Origin: Terriglobia bacterium
GTDB taxonomy: Bacteria; Acidobacteriota; Terriglobia; 20CM-2-55-15
Direction of reading: 5' to 3'
Length of the DNA stretch: 64,000 nucleotides
NCBI GenBank assembly: GCA_965198225.1
Contig: CBDAOY010000008.1
Coordinates: 192,001 to 256,000 of the forward strand
The notes below the pieces were generated by a model. The model saw only the letters and a list, made by a program, of their open reading frames with translations. It ran no database searches and was not told the DNA's origin. The stretch's first letter is position 1. Each line of letters starts with the position of its first letter. Positions 9,635 to 18,837 of the stretch are shown piece by piece. A program made the translations under genes and the position numbers.

Positions 9635-11304
9635 CCCGGATGGGTCACCAATCCGGGAATCGGCTGGTTTTCGGGTACGAGAAACGAATTGCGGCGAGTT
9701 CTGAATCCTGGAGTCGGTGAATCGGGGGAATCAGTCGTTGTTGAGGACGTGAGGTCGACTCGTTTGGCACGACAGGGGCATGATTCGGCGTGTGGAGGCA
9801 GACCTCGGCCCTGTGCAGATGAAGAAGTGAGTTTTTCGGTTGTGGGTGAATCGTGTCGTCAGCAACGAAGCGGAATCGACTGCAGGTTCCGCATGATAAG
9901 GGCGAAGGTTTCGGGATAGGGATAGGCCTCCGACATCGAGATCCAGACGTTGCGGACCGTCAGGCGGATTCGGGCGCCGATTTTGAGAAGCTTCAGACGG
10001 ATGGTCCCGCACTGGGCATGGGCCATCGCGGTATCTTTGAGCCCGAGGCGTCGCAGGGCATGCATGAGCATGTACGCAGCTGAGGAGAGATAGAGCCGGA
10101 GCTGATTGGCGCGCATGGTCGCCGCGCTGGTCCGGTCCGCAAATAGGTCCAACTGCTGTTCCTTGATACGGTTCTCCATGTCGCCCCGCGCGCAGTAGAA
10201 GTCCTCATACAAAGCGCGGGCTTGGAAGCGTTCCGGCGGCAGGGAGGTCACGATGAATCGGGGATTGGCGCCCTTGTCCAGGAACTCCGCCTTGCCGACG
10301 ACGCGTCGCGCGCGGGTCCAGCTGTTTAGAGTCCGGTACTGGAAATCCTTAAACACCCGCGCCGGTTTCCCGGTGGCGTTAAACTCCGCTTCCGCCTGAA
10401 CCATTTCTTCAGCGATTTCTTGCTTGAGACGACTGTTCTTGGCCAACCCGATCACATAATCGACCGGATGGGATTCACACCAGGCGAGCAGTTCATCCCT
10501 GCAAAAGCCCGAGTCGGCCCGGATGATGATCGATACTGTGGGCCACACCTGTCGGATCTGACCGACGATGCGCTCTAACTCATCCACCGCTCCGTCGGCC
10601 CCGTCAATGTTGGAACGCCGGAGCCGGGCGCACAGCAGATGTTCTCCCGAGAAGATGTACAACGGCAGGTAGCAGTAGTTGCCGTAGTAGCCGTGAAAGA
10701 ACCGTCCTTCCTGGTTGCCATGGATCGTATCGTCGGTGGCATCCAGGTCCAGAACGATCTCAGAGGGCTCCGATTCGTGGGCCGCGATAAACGCGTCGAC
10801 CATCCACCGGTCGATCTTGTCGCCATCCATGGCGATCTTCTTGTAAGACCTGCTCTGCGGATGTTCAGCGTGCACTTGCCTGCCAACGCCTTTCCCCGGT
10901 CTCCGGCCTGCCGCCGGTTTTTCCCCAGTGGGGCCTTCTCCACCGCCACGGCCAGCATCTGTCCGTAGCCTGTCGTTCAGGTCCTCATCGTCCATAAATC
11001 CGCTGGCCCAACAACTCCTTCACCGATCAACCTCGGGTCCCGGTGATGTAAAACACTGCAGTCCGGGATCAAACCCGTCCGCTTCTCGACTTCCCTCAAC
11101 AGCAGAACACCCGCGTCGGAGGTGACTTTCGCCGTCGAATCGCGCCTTCACTTTCCGTTGAAAAAGTCCGTGAAATTCGAACGTGGCTTGCTTACACTCT
11201 GTTCTCATAAGGGCCGTCTCCGTTTGGGTTTTTAAACGTTTCTCGTCAAACGCTTTATGCCAAACAGGGCGGCCTTTTCTGGTCCTATCCGTGAAATATA
11301 GGGG
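9635..11304 (-). mobile_element. IS1380-family insertion sequence (degraded transposase)
   Basis: Imperfect terminal IRs CCCGGATGGGTCACCAAT / CCCCTATATTTCACGGAT, flanked by CTAG at 9631-9634 and 11305-11308. Confidence 0.8.
9859..11208 (-). pseudogene. IS1380-family DDE transposase, frameshifted
   Basis: N-terminal piece MRTECKQATFEF..VKARFDG (11020..11208) is out of frame with the C-terminal ORF 9859..10995, which carries LDLDATDD, HGYY..YCYLPL, RADSGF and RGDMENRIKEQ. Confidence 0.85.
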
Positions 11305-11308
11305 CTAG

Positions 11309-12792
11309 CAGTCCGTGGTTAAAGTCGGCCTCATCGTAATTAGAAGAAGGACCGGATGCGACCATAACGCGAGGAGAATCAGGTTAGGAGATCGCGATAT
11401 GGGAATGGGACGGAGAAAGCACCGACAGGACACGTTGTGGGTTGCGACCGCGGAGTTGCCGCGAACAGCGGGCCACGTATTTTACGAACGGGTAAACCGA
11501 ATCCTGAACGAGACGGAGTTCGACCGGTTCGTCGAGGATGCGTGCGAGAAGTTCTACGCCGCAGTGATGGGTCGGCCGAGCCTGGCACCGGGCAAGTATT
11601 TTCGGATGCTGCTGGTGGGCTACTTTGAAGGGATCGATTCGGAGCGGGGGATTGCATGGCGGTGTGCCGATTCTCTAAGCTTGCGGGAATTCCTGGGAGT
11701 GGGACTGAGCGACGCGGTACCGGATCATTCGACGGTTTCGCGAACCCGACGGCTGATCGATCTGGAGACGCATGGAAAGGTCTTTTCGTGGATGTTGGGT
11801 GTATTGGCCGGTGAGGGCCTGATCGATGGGAAGACGGTGGGCGTGGATGCATCGACGCTGGAAGCCAACGCGGCGATGCGATCGATCGTGCGGCGGGATA
11901 CCGGGGAAGCCTACAACGAGTTCCTGACACGGCTGGCCAAGGCGTCGGGCATTGAGACGCCGACCCGAGCGGACCTGGCCCGACTGGACCGAAAGCGAAC
12001 CAAGAAAGGATCGAACAAAGAGTGGGAACATCCCGACGACCCGGACGCGCGCATTACGAAGATGAAGGACGGGCGGACGCATCTGGCGCACAAGGTCGAG
12101 CATGCCGCCGACATGAAGACCGGAGCCATCCTGGCGGTTACCGTGCAGGGCGCCGATCTGGGCGACACGACGACTATCGAAGACACGATGATCGAGGCGG
12201 CCCGTCAGATGGAGACACTGGCGGCCGATCCTGAATCGAAGCTGCCCGACGATTACCTTTCCGAAATCGTGGCCGATAAGGGATATCACAGTAACGATAC
12301 GATGACCGCCTTCAAAGACCTCGGTATTCGCAGCTATATCTCGGAACCGGACCGGGGTCGGCGTAACTGGAAAGGCAAGCCCGCCGAACAACAGGCCGTC
12401 TACGCCAACCGGCGACGGATCCGAGGTGAGCGGGGCAAGCGGTTACTCCGACAGCGGGGACTGATGTTGGAACGGCCGTTCGCGCACACTCTGGAAACCG
12501 GAGCCATGCGTCGGGTTCACCTCCGACATCGGGACAACATTCTCAAGCGCATCCTGATTCAGTACGCCGCGTTGAATCTGAGCCTGATTCTTCGGAACAA
12601 TTTCGGGAACGGCACACCGCGAGGCCTTCAGGGCCAGTATGTTGCTGCCTTGTTCACCCTGATACTGCTCTGGAGCCACTATCAATCGCTCTCTTTCGAT
12701 CCTGAACACTCCGGACACGATTTCAACGCTGTTCCGTCTTGGCCGACACCCGTGAATCCCAATTCAGGAAATTGCACTTCTGCCACGGACTG
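11309..12792 (+). mobile_element. IS1182/IS5-like insertion sequence, apparently intact
   Basis: Perfect 10-bp terminal IR CAGTCCGTGG...CCACGGACTG with duplicated CTAG at 11305-11308 and 12793-12796. Confidence 0.85.
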
Positions 12793-12796
12793 CTAG
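11399..12796 (+). CDS. IS1182-like DDE transposase
   Basis: GRPS, SERGI, PDHSTVSR (DUF772-like), VDAS, ADKGY and ERPFAH motifs. The stop codon is supplied by the CTAG target site. Start codon approximate. Confidence 0.88.
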   Translation: MGMGRRKHRQDTLWVATAELPRTAGHVFYERVNRILNETEFDRFVEDACEKFYAAVMGRPSLAPGKYFRMLLVGYFEGIDSERGIAWRCADSLSLREFLGVGLSDAVPDHSTVSRTRRLIDLETHGKVFSWMLGVLAGEGLIDGKTVGVDASTLEANAAMRSIVRRDTGEAYNEFLTRLAKASGIETPTRADLARLDRKRTKKGSNKEWEHPDDPDARITKMKDGRTHLAHKVEHAADMKTGAILAVTVQGADLGDTTTIEDTMIEAARQMETLAADPESKLPDDYLSEIVADKGYHSNDTMTAFKDLGIRSYISEPDRGRRNWKGKPAEQQAVYANRRRIRGERGKRLLRQRGLMLERPFAHTLETGAMRRVHLRHRDNILKRILIQYAALNLSLILRNNFGNGTPRGLQGQYVAALFTLILLWSHYQSLSFDPEHSGHDFNAVPSWPTPVNPNSGNCTSATDC

Positions 12797-12813
12797 GCTC
12801 CGGCGTGGGCGCG

Positions 12814-13632
12814 TCAGAGGATCTGGACGAGCATCACGATCGAGGCGACGTAGATCACGCCAATCACGATTGCCTGCAACGGCCGCTCGGGCATTTTCAC
12901 CGCGAGGCGACTGCCCGCAAACACTCCAGCCAGTGATCCCACCCACATCACAGCCGCGGTTATCAGCTCCAACTGGCCTCCCCACATGAAAATCACCGAC
13001 GTCTGGAGGGACAGGACGAAAGCGATCAGGATCGAGGTGCCGACGGCGCTGGCGGCCGACAGGCCCATGAGAATGATCAGCACCGGAAGTACGAGGATGC
13101 CGCCTCCGACGCTGGTTGCCCCCACGAGGCCCCCGACGATCAAGCCACACAGAACGCACAGAAACGTCCGGCTCCTGCCGCGCCCACCGGCGTCGGATGC
13201 GGGGATCGACGTCTTTCGGACCAGGTTCAACGTCAAAATGATGGCCGACAGCAGCATCGACAGCGCGATCACGAGTCCCAGGCTGTCCTGAAAGCTCTCC
13301 AGCCTGGGAGCGTCCTCAGTTCCGGCGGTCCGAATGTAGCTGTTGATGAAATAGGCCGTGACGACGTTGCCCGGGATAGCGCCGGCGAGGAAGGTCAGCG
13401 TTGCCGACCGGTCCAGGGTGCCCAGACGGTGGTGTGCGAACACGGCGTACGCCTTGGCCAGGAACGCGTACAGGCTCGCGGTGCCGACGGCGATCGAAGA
13501 AGGAAGCCCGAGAATGATGGTCAAGGCCGGAACAGTCAGCGCCCCGCCGCCGACTCCGGTCAGCGCGATGAGGAATCCGATGACCATCCCGGTGGCGAGT
13601 CGAACCAGGATTTCCCACGCGTCAAGGCCCAT
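12814..13632 (-). CDS. TauE/SafE family sulfite exporter
   Basis: Duplicated TGVGGG..VP.L / TSVGGG..LP.L and AVGT motifs with about 8 TM helices. TGATG overlap with the upstream HIT gene. Confidence 0.85.
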   Translation of the reverse strand: MGLDAWEILVRLATGMVIGFLIALTGVGGGALTVPALTIILGLPSSIAVGTASLYAFLAKAYAVFAHHRLGTLDRSATLTFLAGAIPGNVVTAYFINSYIRTAGTEDAPRLESFQDSLGLVIALSMLLSAIILTLNLVRKTSIPASDAGGRGRSRTFLCVLCGLIVGGLVGATSVGGGILVLPVLIILMGLSAASAVGTSILIAFVLSLQTSVIFMWGGQLELITAAVMWVGSLAGVFAGSRLAVKMPERPLQAIVIGVIYVASIVMLVQIL

Positions 13633-14042
13633 CAACTCTCGCTGTCCTTCCGCGCCGAGGGCCGTGGATAGTGGGCTTTTTCGGGAAGGATATGCCGGAC
13701 CCCTCCCTGCGGCCGTGGATGGTCTCCTAGGTAGCGCGGAATCAGGTGGAAGTGGACGTGGTGTATGCTCTGTCCCCCCGCCGAACCCACGTTGACGCCG
13801 ATGTTGTATCCGTCGGGGTGGTACTCATTCTCAAGGACATGCTGTTCCAGCTGGAGCAGATCGAAACAGGCAGCGGCTTCATCGGGACGGAGTTCGAAAA
13901 AACTCGCGCAGTGTCGGAGCGGAATGACGAGAGAGTGGCCCGGGCTGACCGGGTAACTGTCCCTCGCGGAGTAGGCGAACTCATTCCTTTCGGTCACGCC
14001 CCGCGGAGTGCAGAACAGACACGGACTATTCGGATCCCGCAT
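13632..14042 (-). CDS. HIT-family nucleotide hydrolase
   Basis: CLFC, PGHSLVIP and GQSIHHVHFHLIPR histidine triad. Starts immediately after the qmoC stop. Confidence 0.9.
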   Translation of the reverse strand: MRDPNSPCLFCTPRGVTERNEFAYSARDSYPVSPGHSLVIPLRHCASFFELRPDEAAACFDLLQLEQHVLENEYHPDGYNIGVNVGSAGGQSIHHVHFHLIPRYLGDHPRPQGGVRHILPEKAHYPRPSARKDSES

Positions 14043-15182
14043 TCACGTACTTGAATCCCTGTTGTCCGCTGCGAACAGCATCGCCACAAACCGGTACGAG
14101 AGGTGCGCGAACTTCGAGTAGGGGAGGTAGGCAAGGAGAAAGAAAATGAACAACAGGTGAACGAAATACATCCAGTAGGCCAGAGTCGCAACGTCGAGGA
14201 GCCGCAGCCACTCCGTGAAGAACCCGGTCAGCGTGGTCAGGCCCAGCACCGACAGAAACAGCACGTCCGAATAGGTCGTCTTGCCGGCTTTTTCCTTGTC
14301 CTTGCTCCGCCGGTAACCGAAGACGGCACACGCGATGATCACGGCGACGCCGCTCACATTGCCGAGAATCTTGACCGGGTGCCAGAGCGGCCACGGCGTC
14401 AGGTAACCAAACCCGTAGATGCCGATCCCGACCGACGTCGTCGTGATGACGAGACCGATGAACCCGTAGAACAGTGCCATGTGGGTCTTGAAGAGATGTT
14501 CCTTGTAGCTCTTCCTGTCTCCCGTTCTCTCGGATTCGCACTGGCGGAACCGGGTGTGTTTGAGGATCGAGACGATCGTCGGAATCAACCCCGCAGTCGC
14601 GTTCCCGTCGCTGGCAGCCTCCTGCCGGAGCGCCCGCCAGTAGTCGAAGGCGGTCTTGAGCGCCGCGATCACCGCCAGCCCGACCGCGATCGTAAACATG
14701 ACTTCGACGTAGATGATCGGCAGAAACTTCGAGTAGACGACCGTCCCATCCGGAAGGGAAGTCAGATTACCCAGGCTCGCGAGCATCGCGAGCAGGATGA
14801 CGGCCGGAAAACCGAACAGCAGGGGCAGGTACTTCGCCTGATCGACGGCCCGGCCCATGAACTGCGGCCAGGCATAGTGGGTGATGCTGTAGTCCCGGAC
14901 GGCCGCCATCACATCCGCGGGTTTCGCGTCCCGAGGACAGTAGGTATTGCAGACTCCGCACTGGTGGCACTGCCAAACCGAAGCGTCTGCCATCAGCCGG
15001 TCTTTCAGGCCCCACTGAACCCAGATCATTTCCTTGCGCGGGAACGGATCCGTCTCGGTCGAAATCGGGCAGATCACCGAGCAGGTTCCGCACTGGTAGC
15101 AGGAGGTCAGATCGTGGGCATCAAGGCCCATGATCTCGCGTTTGAAATCCAGATCCGGTTCGATTAAAGCTACCTTAGCCAT
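14043..15182 (-). CDS. qmoC: Quinone-interacting membrane-bound oxidoreductase subunit C
   Basis: Two CxxCxxCxxxCP [4Fe-4S] motifs followed by a NarI-like haem b membrane domain (LPYSKFAH). Lies after qmoAB. Confidence 0.92.
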   Translation of the reverse strand: MAKVALIEPDLDFKREIMGLDAHDLTSCYQCGTCSVICPISTETDPFPRKEMIWVQWGLKDRLMADASVWQCHQCGVCNTYCPRDAKPADVMAAVRDYSITHYAWPQFMGRAVDQAKYLPLLFGFPAVILLAMLASLGNLTSLPDGTVVYSKFLPIIYVEVMFTIAVGLAVIAALKTAFDYWRALRQEAASDGNATAGLIPTIVSILKHTRFRQCESERTGDRKSYKEHLFKTHMALFYGFIGLVITTTSVGIGIYGFGYLTPWPLWHPVKILGNVSGVAVIIACAVFGYRRSKDKEKAGKTTYSDVLFLSVLGLTTLTGFFTEWLRLLDVATLAYWMYFVHLLFIFFLLAYLPYSKFAHLSYRFVAMLFAADNRDSST

Positions 15183-15200
15183 CGCTTCTCCCGCAACTGA

Positions 15201-15314
15201 CTCCCCTCCTTAACCAAGGAGGTGTGGCTGCGCCAAAGGCGCAGACGGGGTGGTTCTTCCCGGTCAACACCACCCCGGCGCTTCGCGCCACCCCTCGTCA
15301 TCTGAGGAGGGGAG
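15201..15314. repeat. Short palindromic intergenic element between qmoB and qmoC
   Basis: Terminal IR CTCCCCTCCT...AGGAGGGGAG, inner IR CGGGGTGGT...ACCACCCCG and nested hairpins. Confidence 0.55.
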
Positions 15315-15327
15315 TTGGGTGGTTGGT

Positions 15328-17463
15328 TCAGAACCCCTTGAATGGATTCGGTCCAATTTCCTCGATCGACGAGGAGAACTCTTCGAGCATCCCCGGGATC
15401 TCCCGGTAGTCGGAAATCGCGACTTCCCTGACCTGAACTCTCTCCGGCTCCAGAGCCAGGCGGTCCAGGGTCTCGCGCACGTTCTCCATCCGTTGTCCCA
15501 GCAACTCGCTCCCCTGGATAAAATGGCACTGGTAGTCTTCGCCGGACTTGCAGCCCATCAAGGCGACCCCGTCGAACCCCCTGGACATCGCATCGGCAAT
15601 CAGAACGCTGTTGACCGAGCCGAGGCAGCGCACCGGAACGATCCGGACGTTCACCGGATAATCAAGCCTGTTGATGCCTGCGGCGTCCAGGGCCGGATAC
15701 GCGTCGTTCTCGCAGGCCAGTACGAGTATCCGTAGTTTCTCATCGTCGTCCTCGGGTATCTCGACGGCCCGTATCATCGACGAGAGCATGTCGACCGAAT
15801 AGTCGTCGAATGAGATGATCTGGACCGGGCAAGCGCCCATGCATATCCCACACCGCCGGCACCGATTCGGGTCCAGCGAAGGGTGGCTGTTCTCATCCAC
15901 CTCCAGCGCCCCGAACGGACACTCCTGGGAGCAGCGCCCGCAGGAGGTGCACTTCTGCATGAAGAAATCCGGATAGGACAGGTCGCCGGTTCGCGGGTGC
16001 ACCGCCGATCCCGCCGATGAGTTCTCGATACACTGAATGGCCTTGAGCGCCGCGGCGGTCCCGTCCTGAGCGCTGGAGCCCATGTCCATGGGCTTTCTCG
16101 CGCAACCGGCCGAATATATGCCGGTTCGTCGCGTCTCGTATGGGAAACAGATGAAATGAGAGTCCGCAAACCCGAACTGCGTTTGTGGAAGCTCGCCTCC
16201 CTGAAGGTAGCCGAGGTTGAGCGCCTGTTCGTCCATCCCGACCGGGGTCATTCCCGTCGACAGCACGAGCATGTCCGCCGTTATTCCGACGCTGCCGCCG
16301 AGTAGCGTGTTGTCGACTTCCAGGACGATGTTCCCGTTCGAGTCCTCCGAAACCGACCCGACATCGCCCTGTGAGAACATGATGCCTTCGTCGGCCTGAA
16401 CCTGCCGGTAGAAGTACTCGTATTGGCCGGGCGTCTGCATGTCCTGGTAGAAGACATACACGCTCGAGTTCGGGTAAAGCTTTCGCAGGTAGCTCGCCTG
16501 CTTCAGCGCGACCAGAGAGGTGACGTTGCCGCCGTACGGCAGGTGTTTTTCGTCGCCCTTGCCTTCGCACTGGAGGATTGCCACGCGCTCAACCTCACGT
16601 CCGTCGGACGGCCGGGTCACTTTTCCGGACGACGCCATTTCTTCCAGCTGAACGCTCGTGACGACGTTGGCGTATCGTCCGAAACCGTATGATTGGAACT
16701 GAGAGGCGTCGTAGGGTTTCCAGCCTGTGGCCACGACGACGGCGCCGACCGTCACGCTTCGAGATGTTCCGTCGTGGCTCAGCGTGACTTTGAAATTCCC
16801 CGGCTGACCCTCGACGCCTTCCACCTGCGAGGAAAGGCATACGGTGATATTCGCTTCCTGCTCCACCGCCCGAATCCTGTCATCGACGTCGGAATCCTGG
16901 AGGTCTGCGTAGGGAGGCCGGGTGGGAAAGTGTCTGTACATCTTCGTCGCGAATCCGCCAAGTTGCGCCTTCTTCTCGACCAACACGACCTTGAAGCCGG
17001 TTCGCGCGGCGTCGATCGCCGCCGCCATCCCGGTGATCCCACCTCCCACCACCAGGATGGTTCTCTCGTTGGCCTCCGTGTAGGGGGTTGGAGTCTCCGT
17101 CTTCTGCGCCCGCACGATACCCATCCGAAGATAATCTTCGGCGAGGCTCTGGGTCTCTTCAGTGTTCGGCGGGTGGCTCCACACCACCTGCTCCCGGATA
17201 TTCACCCGTTCCACGGGAGCGTTCTCGAATGAAAGAATGTCGGTGTTCACGCGTGGCGAGCAGGCGGCCACAACGACCCGATCGACCTCACCTTTTGCGA
17301 TGTCGCTCTTGATGAGGTTGACGTCTTCGAGACAGAAAGCGTCGGCGCTTCGGACGACGGCCGGGTTGAACTCGTCGGTCGCGATCTTTACCAGATCGTC
17401 CGGTTTGAGGCACTCCCCGATGTCACAGCCTTTGCAGACGTAGACTCCGACCTTATGTTCCAT
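15328..17463 (-). CDS. qmoB: QmoB (HdrA-like flavoprotein with Fe-S and MvhD-like domains)
   Basis: VVVAACSP, VVGGGITG FAD site, two ferredoxin motifs, C-terminal VRCLGSVN/GCKSGEDYQCHF. Confidence 0.93.
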   Translation of the reverse strand: MEHKVGVYVCKGCDIGECLKPDDLVKIATDEFNPAVVRSADAFCLEDVNLIKSDIAKGEVDRVVVAACSPRVNTDILSFENAPVERVNIREQVVWSHPPNTEETQSLAEDYLRMGIVRAQKTETPTPYTEANERTILVVGGGITGMAAAIDAARTGFKVVLVEKKAQLGGFATKMYRHFPTRPPYADLQDSDVDDRIRAVEQEANITVCLSSQVEGVEGQPGNFKVTLSHDGTSRSVTVGAVVVATGWKPYDASQFQSYGFGRYANVVTSVQLEEMASSGKVTRPSDGREVERVAILQCEGKGDEKHLPYGGNVTSLVALKQASYLRKLYPNSSVYVFYQDMQTPGQYEYFYRQVQADEGIMFSQGDVGSVSEDSNGNIVLEVDNTLLGGSVGITADMLVLSTGMTPVGMDEQALNLGYLQGGELPQTQFGFADSHFICFPYETRRTGIYSAGCARKPMDMGSSAQDGTAAALKAIQCIENSSAGSAVHPRTGDLSYPDFFMQKCTSCGRCSQECPFGALEVDENSHPSLDPNRCRRCGICMGACPVQIISFDDYSVDMLSSMIRAVEIPEDDDEKLRILVLACENDAYPALDAAGINRLDYPVNVRIVPVRCLGSVNSVLIADAMSRGFDGVALMGCKSGEDYQCHFIQGSELLGQRMENVRETLDRLALEPERVQVREVAISDYREIPGMLEEFSSSIEEIGPNPFKGF

Positions 17464-17521
17464 GATTCATCAGTGTCCAATTTAGGGGTTCGAACGCGTG
17501 CCCAGCCGCGTTCAACCAGAC

Positions 17522-18826
17522 TCAGGTGTTTACGGGCTCCGCTGCCCGCTCCCCTGCACGATGGATGGCTTGAATCGCCTTTAGCGTGGCTGCCGTCGCA
17601 TCCTGGACGGAAGTTTCGACGTCCACCGGTCCCCGCGCGCATCCGGCGGCAAAAATCCCGGGCGCGGTCTCATCGGGCAGGATGAAAGCGTCGGAATCGT
17701 AGCCGGCAGGGACACTGGATTGCGTCGGATCCACGCCTGACGCCATTCCCGTGGCGAGAACCACGAGGTCGACATTTGTCTTCGTCTTACGGGCGGAGAG
17801 GATGTCTTCCGCTTCGACGACCAGCTTGCCGGTAGTCGAGTCTTCAGCAATCCTGGCTACTTTCCCCTTCACTACCGACACGTTCGGATCGCTCTGCACT
17901 TTCTCGGAAAAGAATTCGTACGTACCCGGTGTCCTCAAGTCGATGTAGAAAATGTAGACCTTCGATTCCGGATTCTGCTCTCTCACGTACGTCGCTTCCT
18001 TCAGGGATGCCAGGCAACAGATGCTGGAGCAATAACCCAGGTGGTTCTCGTCCCTGGAGCCCGCGCACTGGATGAACGCGACGGAATTCACGTCGCCTCC
18101 GTCGGACGGCCGGACAATCCTGCCCTGGGTGGGCCCGTCCGGAGCGGCCATGCGCTCGATCATCATGTTGGTGACGACATCCGTATAGCGACCGAACCCC
18201 AGATTGTCGATCCGTGCGGCGTCGTAGGGTTGCCAACCGGTGGTCATGATCACCGCGCCGACCTTGAGGCTGAGGCTCGCGGGTTTCATATTCAGGTCAA
18301 TCGCATCGTAGTTGCACGCGTCGACGCATTTCGCGCACGCGCTGAGCTCACACGCGGAATCGTCGATCGCGTACTTCATCGGAAACGCCATCGCATGGGG
18401 CAGGTAGATCGCCTTGGTCGTACCCATACCGAGATTGAAGGCGTCCGGTCGATCTTCAGGACAAACTGCAACGCAGTCGTTGCATGCAGTGCAGCGGTCG
18501 TTCACGTAGCGAGGGTGCTGCTTGATGGCGACATCGAAATTCCCGGGTTCACCCGCGATACTCTCGACCTCCGCCATCGTGAAGAATCGAATCCTCCGAT
18601 TCTTTTTCATACGTTGGAAATTGATCTCAAGACCACAGTTGGGAGGACACAGTTTGGGGAAATACTTGGCGAGTTGCGCCACACGTCCACCCAGGTAGGG
18701 TTGTTTCTCGACGATGTAGACCTCGTATCCCACCTCGGCGGCTTCGACCGCTGCTGTGATTCCGGCGATGCCCCCGCCGACGACCAGGATGCTCTTGTGG
18801 ATTGAAGGGACTGTTTCTGCCGTCAT
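17522..18826 (-). CDS. qmoA: QmoA (HdrA-like flavoprotein)
   Basis: True start is ATG 18826 (MTAETVPSIHKSILVVGGGIAG). Motifs KYFPKLCPPNCG, QCAGSRD and YCSSICC. Confidence 0.93.
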   Translation of the reverse strand: MTAETVPSIHKSILVVGGGIAGITAAVEAAEVGYEVYIVEKQPYLGGRVAQLAKYFPKLCPPNCGLEINFQRMKKNRRIRFFTMAEVESIAGEPGNFDVAIKQHPRYVNDRCTACNDCVAVCPEDRPDAFNLGMGTTKAIYLPHAMAFPMKYAIDDSACELSACAKCVDACNYDAIDLNMKPASLSLKVGAVIMTTGWQPYDAARIDNLGFGRYTDVVTNMMIERMAAPDGPTQGRIVRPSDGGDVNSVAFIQCAGSRDENHLGYCSSICCLASLKEATYVREQNPESKVYIFYIDLRTPGTYEFFSEKVQSDPNVSVVKGKVARIAEDSTTGKLVVEAEDILSARKTKTNVDLVVLATGMASGVDPTQSSVPAGYDSDAFILPDETAPGIFAAGCARGPVDVETSVQDATAATLKAIQAIHRAGERAAEPVNT

Positions 18827-18837
18827 ATTCTGCTCCG

